From Bacillus subtilis subsp. subtilis str. 168 (lineage in GTDB: Bacteria > Bacillota > Bacilli > Bacillales > Bacillaceae), in contig NC_000964.3 in the NCBI RefSeq assembly GCF_000009045.1, forward strand, positions 3,510,001-3,542,000: a DNA stretch of 32,000 nt, given 5' to 3'. Positions 1 through 9,002 of the stretch are shown here, in pieces. Positions within the stretch are counted from its first letter, which is position 1; each line of letters starts with the position of its first letter. Both the position numbers and the translations under genes were made by a program. The notes beneath the pieces were generated by a model. That model saw only the letters and a list, made by a program, of their open reading frames with translations, was not told the origin of the DNA and made no database searches.

Positions 1-552
1 TTTTCCTCGTTTCCCTCATTGTTTCCAGCAGCAATGATGACACGTGATTCATCAAGTGTTTAAGAAGTTCATTTTGAGAAGCGTCCGCAAGCGCAAGATG
101 AAATGCAAAGTCTGCTTTCTCTCCCAGCTCCCCGTCCGCTTCAATGCTGCCCATTTCCTTTAGTGCATCCTGAATTCTTTCGAGATCTGCTTCTGTCCTT
201 TTTTCAGCCGCTAGTGAAGCCACGCCGATTTCAAGCAGTTTTCTGACCTCGAGCAGCTGCTTGACGTCCTCTTTTTTCATCAGAAGGGCGGCTGAGAGCG
301 GCTGAGAAATTTGATTGAGCTCAAATTCCTTCAGATACGTGCCTTCTCCCTGTTTCATTTCGACAAGCCCCATCGCTTTTAGCGCAGAAAGTGCTTCGCG
401 AACCGCTGAACGGCTGACTTGAAAGCTCTCAGCAAGCGCCTGAACAGAGTCCAGTTTATCCCCCGGCTTCAATTCGCCATTTTTGATCATATCTAATAGG
501 GCATCCGCTACTTCTTCATATATTTTTTTGTTTTAATCTGTTTATATTTCAA
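1..552 (-). CDS. lutR: LutR, GntR/FadR-family transcriptional regulator of lactate utilisation; 3' end cut by window edge; reading frame appears shifted near the 5' end (see findings)
   Basis: Manual minus-strand translation gives ...EEVADALLDMIKNGELKPGDKLDSVQALAESFQVSRSAVREALSALKAMGLVEMKQGEGTYLKEF..., a GntR winged-HTH, followed by an FCD-like domain; divergent from lutP. Confidence 0.85.
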
Positions 553-650
553 TGCAATTCACCCCGTAACTTGTAGGTCTGGCTGTTTACGATCTATTAT
601 ACTCTGTTTTGTGGGCCGCCAAAAGATTTTGACTATTTTGTCAAAAAGTC

Positions 651-679
651 TTGTACTTTGATTTTTTTCAAAATATAAT
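651..679 (+). promoter_or_regulatory. SigA-type promoter for lutP (TTGTAC-N17-TATAAT)
   Basis: TTGTAC at 651-656, TATAAT at 674-679, 17-nt spacer, upstream of lutP. Confidence 0.7.
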
Positions 680-687
680 GCTAGGTA

Positions 688-706
688 ACTGGTCTTATTA
701 CCCAGT
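688..706. promoter_or_regulatory. Imperfect dyad ACTGGT-CTTATT-ACCCAGT, candidate FadR/GntR-type (LutR) operator
   Basis: Inverted repeat just downstream of the lutP -10. Confidence 0.45.
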
Positions 707-710
707 CATC

Positions 711-727
711 AGATGATCATATCATCT
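711..727. repeat. Perfect inverted repeat AGATGAT-CAT-ATCATCT
   Basis: 7-bp arms, 3-nt centre, in lutP 5' UTR. Confidence 0.6.
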
Positions 728-729
728 AT

Positions 730-743
730 AGAAACCGCTTACA
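730..743. promoter_or_regulatory. Candidate cre (CcpA) site AGAAACCGCTTACA
   Basis: Matches 13/14 positions of TGWAANCGNTNWCA. Confidence 0.5.
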
Positions 744-779
744 TATGGCGCCAGTTTATGTTTCAAGGAGGGGTTTGGG

Positions 780-2471
780 ATGCAATGGACACAGGCATAT
801 ACGCCTATAGGGGGAAATTTGCTATTATCAGCGCTTGCCGCACTTGTACCGATTATTTTCTTTTTTTGGGCACTCGCGATTAAACGGATGAAGGGGTATA
901 CAGCAGGCTTGGCCACATTGGGGATCGCCCTTATCATTGCTGTATTGGTTTATCGTATGCCGGCGGAAAAAGCGCTGATGTCCGCGACACAAGGAGCCGT
1001 ATACGGATTGTTGCCGATCGGCTGGATCATTGTGACGTCTGTTTTTTTGTATAAAATCACTGTGAAAACGGGACAGTTTGATATCATTCGCAGCTCTGTT
1101 CTCTCGATTACTGATGACCGACGGCTTCAAGCTCTCTTGATCGCTTTTTCATTCGGGGCTTTTTTAGAAGGGGCAGCAGGCTTCGGAGCGCCGGTCGCCA
1201 TTTCTGCCGCGCTGCTGGTCGGTCTCGGCTTTAATCCTCTTTATGCTGCGGGGATCTGTTTGATCGCCAATACGGCGCCGGTTGCCTTTGGGGCAATTGG
1301 GATTCCAATTACAGCCGTAGAAGGGCCGACAGGGATTCCGGCGATGGAGATTTCGCAAATGGTTGGGCGGCAGCTGCCGTTTTTATCCGTATTTATTCCT
1401 CTTTATTTAATCATCATCATGAGCGGGTTCAGGAAAGCCTTGGAGATCTGGCCGGCGATTCTCGTATCCGGTGTTTCCTTTGCTGTTGTTCAATATCTCA
1501 GTTCCAATTTTTTAGGGCCTGAGCTGCCCGATGTTTTGTCAGCTCTTGTTTCAATGGCTGCGCTTGCTGTGTTTTTGAAATGGTGGAAGCCGAAAACAAC
1601 ATTCCGGTTTGCCGGTGAACAAGAGTCGGCCGCCTCAATTGAAACGGCGCGCACAAATCCGGCGGCGCCTGCATACAGAGGCGGACAGATTTTTAAGGCT
1701 TGGTCGCCATTTCTGCTGCTGACGGCGATGATTTCCGTATGGGGCATTCCATCTGTCAAATCCGCGCTGACCGGGCATTATGAAGGCTCTGCGGTGTTCT
1801 TGAAGTGGCTGAATGCTGTTGGAGAAAAACTGACTTTTTCCCCCGGTGTGCCTTTTTTGAACAATCAGATTGTCAATGCTGACGGTACGCCGATTGAAGC
1901 GGTTTACAAGTTGGAGGTGCTTGGTTCGGCCGGCACCGCGATATTGATTGCCGCAGTGCTGTCAAAATTCATCACGGCGATTTCGTGGAAAGACTGGGGA
2001 ACCGTTTTTAAAGAAACAGTCCAGGAATTGAAGCTTCCGATTTTGACCATTGCTTCTGTCGTTGGTTTTGCCTATGTCACCAACTCCTCGGGAATGAGCA
2101 CGACACTCGGGATGACACTCGCGCTGACAGGTTCGATGTTTACCTTCTTTTCGCCCGTTCTCGGCTGGCTCGGCGTCTTCATTACCGGCTCGGATACTTC
2201 TGCCAACCTGCTGTTCGGCAACCTGCAGAAAGTCACCGCATTATCAGTCGGCATGGACCCCGTTCTGTCTGTGGCCGCCAACTCTTCAGGCGGTGTCACA
2301 GGAAAAATGATTTCACCGCAGTCGATAGCGGTGGCGTGCGCCGCGGTAGGACTCGCCGGAAAGGAGTCAGATCTTTTCCGCTTTACCATTAAACACAGTC
2401 TGTTTTTGCTGCTGCTCGTCTGTATCATCACCTTTTTGCAGCATCACGTATTCAGCTGGATGATTCCTTAA
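780..2471 (+). CDS. lutP: L-lactate permease LutP (563 aa)
   Basis: Track ORF with many hydrophobic segments, recognised as lactate permease family; AAGGAGG ribosome-binding site upstream. Confidence 0.95.
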   Translation: MQWTQAYTPIGGNLLLSALAALVPIIFFFWALAIKRMKGYTAGLATLGIALIIAVLVYRMPAEKALMSATQGAVYGLLPIGWIIVTSVFLYKITVKTGQFDIIRSSVLSITDDRRLQALLIAFSFGAFLEGAAGFGAPVAISAALLVGLGFNPLYAAGICLIANTAPVAFGAIGIPITAVEGPTGIPAMEISQMVGRQLPFLSVFIPLYLIIIMSGFRKALEIWPAILVSGVSFAVVQYLSSNFLGPELPDVLSALVSMAALAVFLKWWKPKTTFRFAGEQESAASIETARTNPAAPAYRGGQIFKAWSPFLLLTAMISVWGIPSVKSALTGHYEGSAVFLKWLNAVGEKLTFSPGVPFLNNQIVNADGTPIEAVYKLEVLGSAGTAILIAAVLSKFITAISWKDWGTVFKETVQELKLPILTIASVVGFAYVTNSSGMSTTLGMTLALTGSMFTFFSPVLGWLGVFITGSDTSANLLFGNLQKVTALSVGMDPVLSVAANSSGGVTGKMISPQSIAVACAAVGLAGKESDLFRFTIKHSLFLLLLVCIITFLQHHVFSWMIP

Positions 2472-2472
2472 A

Positions 2473-2499
2473 AAAATCCTCCCGTCTAGGGAGGATTTT
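2473..2499. terminator. Bidirectional terminator between lutP and sigL
   Basis: AAAATCCTCCC-GTCTA-GGGAGGATTTT. Confidence 0.8.
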
Positions 2500-3808
2500 A
2501 TTTATATCGCTTTCTCGCTGCCGATGACGGAATATTCATTTGATCGCGATATTTTGCCACGGTGCGTCTCGAGATTTGGATGCCGTGTTGTTCATACAGC
2601 AAATCGACAAGCTTTTGGTCTGAAAGCGGTTTTGTTTTGTCCTCTTGATTGATCAGGTTTTCCAGATGCGTTTTGACTGCATAATTCGACGCATCTCCAT
2701 CACCTGAAGCCTCGGCTTTTGCTGAGAAAAAGAGTTTCATCTCAAACAGCCCGTAAGGCGTTTGTATTGTTTTCCCTTTAATGGCCCGGCTCACAGTTGA
2801 TTCATGAAGGCTTAGACAGTCTGCCACCTCTCTGAGAGTCAGCGGCTTCATTGCGCTTCGCCCTTTCAGAAAGAAATCCTTTTGGCGTGTGATCAGTTCA
2901 TTGATAATTCTCGTGATTGTCTGTTTTCGCTGCCGCAGCGCGCGGCTCAGCCAGCGCCACTCCTGATATTTCGCAGATAAATAGGAGACAGTATCCTGAC
3001 AGGAGCCGGATGATAAAAGCGTTCTGTACTGCGGATGCAGATCGATCTCGGGAAACGAGCGGGTATTCAGTTCCGCTGCGATGTGCCCATTTTTTACGGT
3101 GATAAAAATGTCAGGCTCAATATACACATCTTGCTCTGGCCGGGCAAACAGAAGGCCAGGTCTAGGATGAAGAGCCGCGATATCATCTGAGATATCTTGA
3201 ATGGTATGAAGCGGAATTCCCGTCTCTACTGAAAGCGTTTTCCATTTTTTTTGCGCAAAAGCATCAAAATGAGCTGAAACCAGCATTTCCGCTTGTTCAT
3301 TTCTGTTCGGCAGCCGCTGTAATTGAAGAAGGATGCATTCCTGCAAAGATCTCGCGCCGATTCCAGCCGGTTCTAACGACTGGAGTTTTGCCAAAACAGC
3401 CTCCGCTTCCTTGGCCGATACAGATAATCGCCGTGCTGCCTCCTCTATATCTTCTTCCAAGTACCCGTTTGAATCAAGCGAATGAATCAGATAATTAAAA
3501 ATCTTTTTTTCAGTGTTTGTCAGATTCATATCGAGTGACTGCTGTTTTAACGCATCCTGCAATGTTTTTTGCGGATTACTTAATTGAAGGCCCGCTTCCT
3601 GTGCATTCATCCTGTTTTTGTTTGTTTTATGGTAAGATAGTGGCGGTGTGTCTGTTTCCTTTCGTTCAATAAGAGGGTTTTCCAGTGAGAGCTCATCAAT
3701 GTACTCGGCGAGTTCTGCCGAATGATAGCCAAGCAGCGTGATGGCCTGCCTGAGCTCCTGTGTCAGTTGAGGCTTTAATACTTGTACTTGCTGAAGTTTC
3801 ATATCCAT
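2498..3808 (-). CDS. sigL: RNA polymerase sigma-54 factor SigL (436 aa)
   Basis: Starts MDMKLQQVQVLKPQLTQELRQAI; C-terminal RpoN-box-like SRRTVAKYRDQMNIPSSAARK; track ORF extends upstream to 3850 but MDMKL start preferred. Confidence 0.96.
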   Translation of the reverse strand: MDMKLQQVQVLKPQLTQELRQAITLLGYHSAELAEYIDELSLENPLIERKETDTPPLSYHKTNKNRMNAQEAGLQLSNPQKTLQDALKQQSLDMNLTNTEKKIFNYLIHSLDSNGYLEEDIEEAARRLSVSAKEAEAVLAKLQSLEPAGIGARSLQECILLQLQRLPNRNEQAEMLVSAHFDAFAQKKWKTLSVETGIPLHTIQDISDDIAALHPRPGLLFARPEQDVYIEPDIFITVKNGHIAAELNTRSFPEIDLHPQYRTLLSSGSCQDTVSYLSAKYQEWRWLSRALRQRKQTITRIINELITRQKDFFLKGRSAMKPLTLREVADCLSLHESTVSRAIKGKTIQTPYGLFEMKLFFSAKAEASGDGDASNYAVKTHLENLINQEDKTKPLSDQKLVDLLYEQHGIQISRRTVAKYRDQMNIPSSAARKRYK

Positions 3809-3886
3809 CTTGCTCACTCCCCTTTCTTCATTGTACATGATTGAGATCACACCGTATACATTTATGAAAAAGGAGCTGCCAAAGAA

Positions 3887-4105
3887 ATGTCTGAACTTTT
3901 TTCCGTCCCTTATTTTATTGAGAATTTAAAACAGCATATTGAAATGAATCAGTCTGAGGATAAAATCCACGCGATGAACAGCTACTACCGTTCCGTCGTC
4001 TCAACACTAGTGCAGGACCAGCTGACGAAAAACGCAGTTGTCCTGAAACGGATTCAGCATTTAGATGAAGCATACAACAAAGTCAAACGTGGAGAATCAA
4101 AATAA
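3887..4105 (+). CDS. yvfG: Small conserved protein YvfG (72 aa)
   Basis: Track ORF MSELFSVPYFIENLKQHIEMNQSEDK..., position between sigL and epsO. Confidence 0.85.
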   Translation: MSELFSVPYFIENLKQHIEMNQSEDKIHAMNSYYRSVVSTLVQDQLTKNAVVLKRIQHLDEAYNKVKRGESK

Positions 4106-4136
4106 ACCTTCCGCTCACATGTGAGCAGGAAGGTTT
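4104..4136. terminator. Bidirectional terminator between yvfG and epsO
   Basis: AAACCTTCC...GCTCACATGTGAGC...GGAAGGTTT dyad followed by T-rich sequence. Confidence 0.8.
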
Positions 4137-5083
4137 TCCTTCTTTGAGGCGTGCTGGATGAGACGGGTGCTTGGCACGCCTTCCATCCAGGTATGAAAGT
4201 AATTGGCGTTTTTCCCGTAGGAATTATCAATGACCGTGTTTTCTTTTTGAAGAAGAGAAGACAGGATGTGGCCGTGCAGCCTTGATGTTTCCACCGATTC
4301 GTAACGGCTGAAAAACCGAATCGCTTTTTGGACGATATAATCCGAGTATTTTTCCCATATATACGCAATGGGCAAAGGGTTGCCTGCTTTTTTATTCAAG
4401 ACGTTCAGCGTTTGGAGAAAAGCAATCGTCCGGCGGTCTGAAGCTGACAGCACCGTGCGCCAGTCGTAGCTTTCCGCTTCTGCGTGTTCCTGAAGCGCCT
4501 GGTTTGCTTCATGATCTGTTCGGATAAATCTCAGCTTTTGATTGGACGGCTGCTGCGTGGGAATGACGGGAAACAGCTGATGAGCCATATCAGGCAGAAG
4601 CTGAATGTGATTTGTTGTAAAATAGGCCTGTGCCGTAGCATAGGAGGCTTTTTCCCTTGTCATGATGTGAAGGTTCGCATGCTTAGAAAATATCTCTGCC
4701 GTCCGCTTGAGGTTGTCTTTGTTTTGAAAATAAATCGATTGCGGCAGGATCACAATTTTGTGGTTCGGATAGGTTTGGACGATTTTCTCTCTAAAGCCTT
4801 GATAATACGGATACAGATCCCCGAAGTTTCCGCCTCCCTGGCAGACGATGATGAGATTCGGATCAAGCTTTCGCCCGATTGGGAAATTGTCTGGATTCCA
4901 GCGTTTTCTGACCCGAATCCCGTGTTCTTTAAAGAAGGCTTCTGTTCCTTTCATAATAAATAAATCCCCTACATTCCCATATAGAGGATAGTCAGCATAT
5001 ATAATCTCTGATTGTTTCGGAATGACGTCGAGCAGCCCGGACAGTTTCTGTTTCAGGCTGATCATCGAATGCTTGCTGTCCAT
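4115..5083 (-). CDS. epsO: EpsO, polysaccharide pyruvyl transferase family (322 aa)
   Basis: Pyruvyl transferase motifs (YGNVGDLFIMKG, QGGGNFGDLY); last gene of eps operon. Confidence 0.93.
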   Translation of the reverse strand: MDSKHSMISLKQKLSGLLDVIPKQSEIIYADYPLYGNVGDLFIMKGTEAFFKEHGIRVRKRWNPDNFPIGRKLDPNLIIVCQGGGNFGDLYPYYQGFREKIVQTYPNHKIVILPQSIYFQNKDNLKRTAEIFSKHANLHIMTREKASYATAQAYFTTNHIQLLPDMAHQLFPVIPTQQPSNQKLRFIRTDHEANQALQEHAEAESYDWRTVLSASDRRTIAFLQTLNVLNKKAGNPLPIAYIWEKYSDYIVQKAIRFFSRYESVETSRLHGHILSSLLQKENTVIDNSYGKNANYFHTWMEGVPSTRLIQHASKKENLPAHM

Positions 5084-6228
5084 TTCTTCACCTCGACAGT
5101 ATGGAATAAGTGCAGTAGCACTTCAATGACCCGGCCTTGCTCATCTTCTGTCATATTGGACCCCGATGGGAGACAGATTCCTCGCTTGAACAAATCTTCG
5201 CATACGCTTCCTGTATCTTCATGAGAATAAAATAAAGCCGGATCGAACAGCGGCTGGGTATGGAGCGGCTTCCACAGCGGACGGGCTTCAATGTTTTCTT
5301 CAGCAAGACGTTGAACTATGTCATATGGGCTGAGCCCGTTATCAAGTGTGAGCGTGGTGAGCCAGCGATTGGATACGCCTGCTGCGTACTCTGGCATAAA
5401 GCGGACGCCGTCTAAGTGACCGAGCGCATTTTTGTATCTCGTGAAAATGGTCCTTCTTTTCTCCACTCGCTCATCCAGCACCTCAAGCTGGGCAATGCCG
5501 ACGCCGGCTAAGATATTGCTCAGCCTGTAATTATGTCCAATTTCACTGTGCTGATAATGAACAGCCGGCTCTCGTGCCTGCGAAGCGAGAAATCTTGCTT
5601 TTTCAATTGCGGCTTCATCATTTGAAACGAGCATCCCTCCCCCTGATGTGGTGATGATTTTGTTCCCGTTAAATGAAAAAATGCCGAAGCGCCCGAATGT
5701 TCCGCTTTGCTTCCCTTTATAGACTGTGCCGAGAGATTCGGCTGCGTCCTCAATGACAGGAACTCCGTATGCATCACACAGGCTTACGATTTCATCCATT
5801 TTCGCGCTCTGCCCATATAGATTGACGGCAATTACCGCTTTTGGCAGTGTTCCGTTTCTTTTCGCTTCCTCCAATGCTCTTTCAAGGGCTGTCGGCGACA
5901 TATTCCACGTATCAGGCTCAGAATCAATAAAGACGGGCACCGCTTTTTCATATAGAATCGGATTGGCGGTTGCTACAAATGTGAAGGACTGGCAAAACAC
6001 GCTGTCACCTTCTTTTACCTCAAGCAAACGCAGCGCGAGATGAATCGCCGCCGTTCCTGAGCCGACCGCAGCTGCTGCTTTTACACCGACTCGTTCTGCC
6101 AGCTGTTCTTCAAATGAATTCACGAGCGGCCCAAGCGGCGCAATCCAGTTTGAGCGAAAGGCTTCTGAAATATAGTGCTGCTCCCTGCCGCTCATATGAG
6201 GGGGAGATAAGTAGATTTTTTTATGCAT
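5062..6228 (-). CDS. epsN: EpsN, PLP-dependent UDP-sugar aminotransferase (DegT/DnrJ/EryC1 family, 388 aa)
   Basis: IAPLGP..., GSGTAAIHLAL, FNGNKIITTSGGGM around the PLP lysine; start MHKKIYLSPP. Confidence 0.95.
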   Translation of the reverse strand: MHKKIYLSPPHMSGREQHYISEAFRSNWIAPLGPLVNSFEEQLAERVGVKAAAAVGSGTAAIHLALRLLEVKEGDSVFCQSFTFVATANPILYEKAVPVFIDSEPDTWNMSPTALERALEEAKRNGTLPKAVIAVNLYGQSAKMDEIVSLCDAYGVPVIEDAAESLGTVYKGKQSGTFGRFGIFSFNGNKIITTSGGGMLVSNDEAAIEKARFLASQAREPAVHYQHSEIGHNYRLSNILAGVGIAQLEVLDERVEKRRTIFTRYKNALGHLDGVRFMPEYAAGVSNRWLTTLTLDNGLSPYDIVQRLAEENIEARPLWKPLHTQPLFDPALFYSHEDTGSVCEDLFKRGICLPSGSNMTEDEQGRVIEVLLHLFHTVEVKKWTASIR

Positions 6229-6232
6229 AGAA

Positions 6233-6883
6233 TCATCCTTTGTTTGATGTTTGAATGGAAGAAATGATGCGTGCCGGAGCACCGGCCGCCGTTACCCTGT
6301 CCGGTATGGAACGGATCACCGCGGAGCCGGCTCCGACAATGCTCCAAGCCCCGATTATGATCTGCGGTATGACGGATGCACCGGTTCCGACGTGAGCGCC
6401 TTCCTGAACGGAAACCGCTCCTGACAGCGTGGCACGCGGGGACAGATGAACGTAATCGCTGATTTGATTGTCGTGCTCTGCCACTGCACCCGTATTGATG
6501 ATGCAGTGGGCGCCGATGCGCGCATCCGCCTGAATGATCGCGCCCGCCATAATCACTGTCCCTTCCCCAATGACAGCCGACTTGCTGACGATGGCTGACG
6601 GGTGAATCAATGTAATAAAATCATCTTTCCCCAGTCCCAGTCGCTCCGCCAGCTGTTTTCTGACACTGTTATTCCCAACAGCAATCAGAAACAGCACATC
6701 AGGAATGAGCCTGCGCAGTTCAGTAACGGCTTTCGGCGGTCCTGTGTACCATTCTTTTCCGCCTTCGAACGTTTTGAATTTATCATCCAGCACCGCGGCT
6801 AAGCGCGTATCTGAGCGGGCGTTTATCAGCTCTCTGATCACCTTTCCGTGACCGCCGTCACCCACAATGGCCACATTTTTCAT
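6233..6883 (-). CDS. epsM: EpsM, sugar O-acetyltransferase, left-handed beta-helix (216 aa)
   Basis: Hexapeptide-repeat-like C-terminal half (IGEGTVIMAGAIIQADARIGAHCIINTGA); start MKNVAIVGDGGHG. Confidence 0.93.
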   Translation of the reverse strand: MKNVAIVGDGGHGKVIRELINARSDTRLAAVLDDKFKTFEGGKEWYTGPPKAVTELRRLIPDVLFLIAVGNNSVRKQLAERLGLGKDDFITLIHPSAIVSKSAVIGEGTVIMAGAIIQADARIGAHCIINTGAVAEHDNQISDYVHLSPRATLSGAVSVQEGAHVGTGASVIPQIIIGAWSIVGAGSAVIRSIPDRVTAAGAPARIISSIQTSNKG

Positions 6884-7488
6884 GAGGACACATCTCCGCT
6901 TCCGGTAAACCGTTCCGCGGTCACATGATTGGTTTGCTGAATCCCTTCTGAAACAAGGACCTTTCGCACCGTCAAACATAAAATTTTCAAATCGAGAAAA
7001 AATGACCAGTTGTCAACGTACCAAACATCTAATTCAAATTTCTTTTCCCAGGAAATCGCGTTTCTGCCATTGATTTGCGCCCAGCCTGTGATACCCGGCT
7101 TCACCTCATGGCGCCGTGCCTGTTTTTCTGTATAAAGAGGCAGATAGTCCATCAAAAGCGGCCGCGGCCCGACAAGGCTCAGATCGCCCTTCAGGACATT
7201 CAGGAGCTGCGGAAGCTCATCAATGCTCAGCTTTCTGATCAGCCTGCCCGTTTTCGTCAGCCGGACTTCATCAGGCAGCAGATTTCCTTTACTGTCCCGT
7301 TCATCCGTCATTGTCCGGAACTTATATAGGGTGAACGGTTTGCCGTGCAGGCCCGGCCTTACTTGCTTAAAGAAGACAGGTGATCCTATTTTCAGCCTGA
7401 CAACGGCGATGGTGAACAGAATGATCACACTTGTACAGCACAACAAAAAAATGGCGGCCGTCAGATCAAAAAGTCGTTTCAGGATCAA
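6880..7488 (-). CDS. epsL: EpsL, undecaprenyl-phosphate sugar-1-phosphate transferase (202 aa), TTG start
   Basis: LKRLFDLTAAIFLL..., KFRTM, PGITGWAQINGRN; TTG ATC CTG AAA with upstream AAAGGAG. Confidence 0.93.
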   Translation of the reverse strand: MILKRLFDLTAAIFLLCCTSVIILFTIAVVRLKIGSPVFFKQVRPGLHGKPFTLYKFRTMTDERDSKGNLLPDEVRLTKTGRLIRKLSIDELPQLLNVLKGDLSLVGPRPLLMDYLPLYTEKQARRHEVKPGITGWAQINGRNAISWEKKFELDVWYVDNWSFFLDLKILCLTVRKVLVSEGIQQTNHVTAERFTGSGDVSS

Positions 7489-9002
7489 AGATTCACAGCT
7501 CCTTTCGTTTTTCGAAACCGTTTTAATACCAGCTGTCTTTCCTCTTTTGTACAAACGAGCATAAAAGCGAAAACAGCGTAGCAAAAGCTGACTGTCACTC
7601 CCGTCGCTATCAATGACGGCCAGCTGTCAATCTTCACAATGAACTGAATTGCCTTACAGACCGTCCAGGCAAATACAGCGGCTGAAAGAGGCCCGATTAT
7701 GCCTTTAAGGAACACGTGCTTTTTGTAGCCTGTAATGCGGGATACGTAAAGCGGCGTAAAGATGGCATTTTTTAAAATAAGAGAAATGGCCCCTGCCAAT
7801 GTTATGCCGTACAGACCGAGATGAGCCGGCCCGCTCAGCGTGACCGCCAGCACCACATTCACCGCACCTAACAGCAGGGTAACAATCGCCGGTGTTTTTT
7901 GTTGATTAAAAGCGGTCCATATATAAAACAGCGGCATAAAGGCGAGGCTGACAACCAAGTATCCGGCATGAATAAATAAAAGCGGTGCTATCGTTGAAAA
8001 GGACGGTCCGAGCCAGATTGTCAGAAAAGGTCCCGCCAATCCGCCCAATAAGGCAGCAGGAAGTGCAAGCAAAAGACCATTGAGCCTTACTGCCTTATTG
8101 GCGTAATTCATCAATCCTTCCATATCGCCTTTTGAATAATATGAAGTCATGATGGGCGCAAACAGGGATGCGACCGTTCCGGCCAAGCTGCGCAAAAGCA
8201 GCGGAAACTGGATAATCGCCGCGTATTTCCCGGATGCAGACGCCCCCAGCATCAAATTGGCGGTTAACAGATCAATCTGCAAAAAAAGCAGGACGCCGAT
8301 TTGATTGACGGAGCTCCATGCGCCCGCTTGAAACAGCTCCTTGCTTGTACGGAATGAAAGATCCTTCATACGAAACGAAAACCACGGAATCAGCTTTTTG
8401 AAGAAATAGAAAGACAGCACAGACGCAATAACAGCACCAGCTAAAGCTGCAAGCTGGATCTGCCAGATTTTCGGCGCAAAGCATGCAAACAGGAGCAGCA
8501 CAGACAGCACCCGTATAAGCATTTGCACCGCCTGAATGGAACTGGTGATATAAAGGCGGTTGGCATAAAATGGTGCAGCGCCGAAGCCCGCCATCAGAAA
8601 CGTTAAAATAAACAGCACACTGCCGATTAAAATCGACAAACGCACATCTGCCAAAAGCGCTTGCGGCACATTCATGACGCGGTCAATAAAAAAAGCCGAA
8701 CCCGCAAGCGGCAGCAAGAGCAGCAAGGAAATCAAAACAGAGGCGGCTAAATAATTGCTGATATACGCATTTGCTTTCTCCCGCTCTCCCCTGTGGGCAG
8801 CAACAGAAAAGAACCGAACGACAACCGAGCTGAGCGCCACGGTAATAACCGAAAAGTAATTAATCACATTTTGTGTCAAGTGAACAAAGCCAAACGCTTC
8901 GACACCGAGCGTTTTGACAATAAAAGGCGTCATCCAAACCGATAGGAAAACAGACAAGAGAAAAGCCGTGAGATTCGCGCTGAAATTTATCGTGAATTTC
9001 AT
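7485..9002 (-). CDS. epsK: EpsK, polysaccharide flippase / Wzx-like membrane exporter (505 aa)
   Basis: Multi-pass membrane protein of the MATE/Wzx type; start MKFTINFSANLTAF. Confidence 0.92.
   Translation of the reverse strand: MKFTINFSANLTAFLLSVFLSVWMTPFIVKTLGVEAFGFVHLTQNVINYFSVITVALSSVVVRFFSVAAHRGEREKANAYISNYLAASVLISLLLLLPLAGSAFFIDRVMNVPQALLADVRLSILIGSVLFILTFLMAGFGAAPFYANRLYITSSIQAVQMLIRVLSVLLLFACFAPKIWQIQLAALAGAVIASVLSFYFFKKLIPWFSFRMKDLSFRTSKELFQAGAWSSVNQIGVLLFLQIDLLTANLMLGASASGKYAAIIQFPLLLRSLAGTVASLFAPIMTSYYSKGDMEGLMNYANKAVRLNGLLLALPAALLGGLAGPFLTIWLGPSFSTIAPLLFIHAGYLVVSLAFMPLFYIWTAFNQQKTPAIVTLLLGAVNVVLAVTLSGPAHLGLYGITLAGAISLILKNAIFTPLYVSRITGYKKHVFLKGIIGPLSAAVFAWTVCKAIQFIVKIDSWPSLIATGVTVSFCYAVFAFMLVCTKEERQLVLKRFRKTKGAVNL

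Noticed and set aside
722-937. 71-aa minus-strand ORF over the lutP start
   Set aside because: Overlaps the real lutP start and its ribosome-binding site on the opposite strand; no family resemblance.
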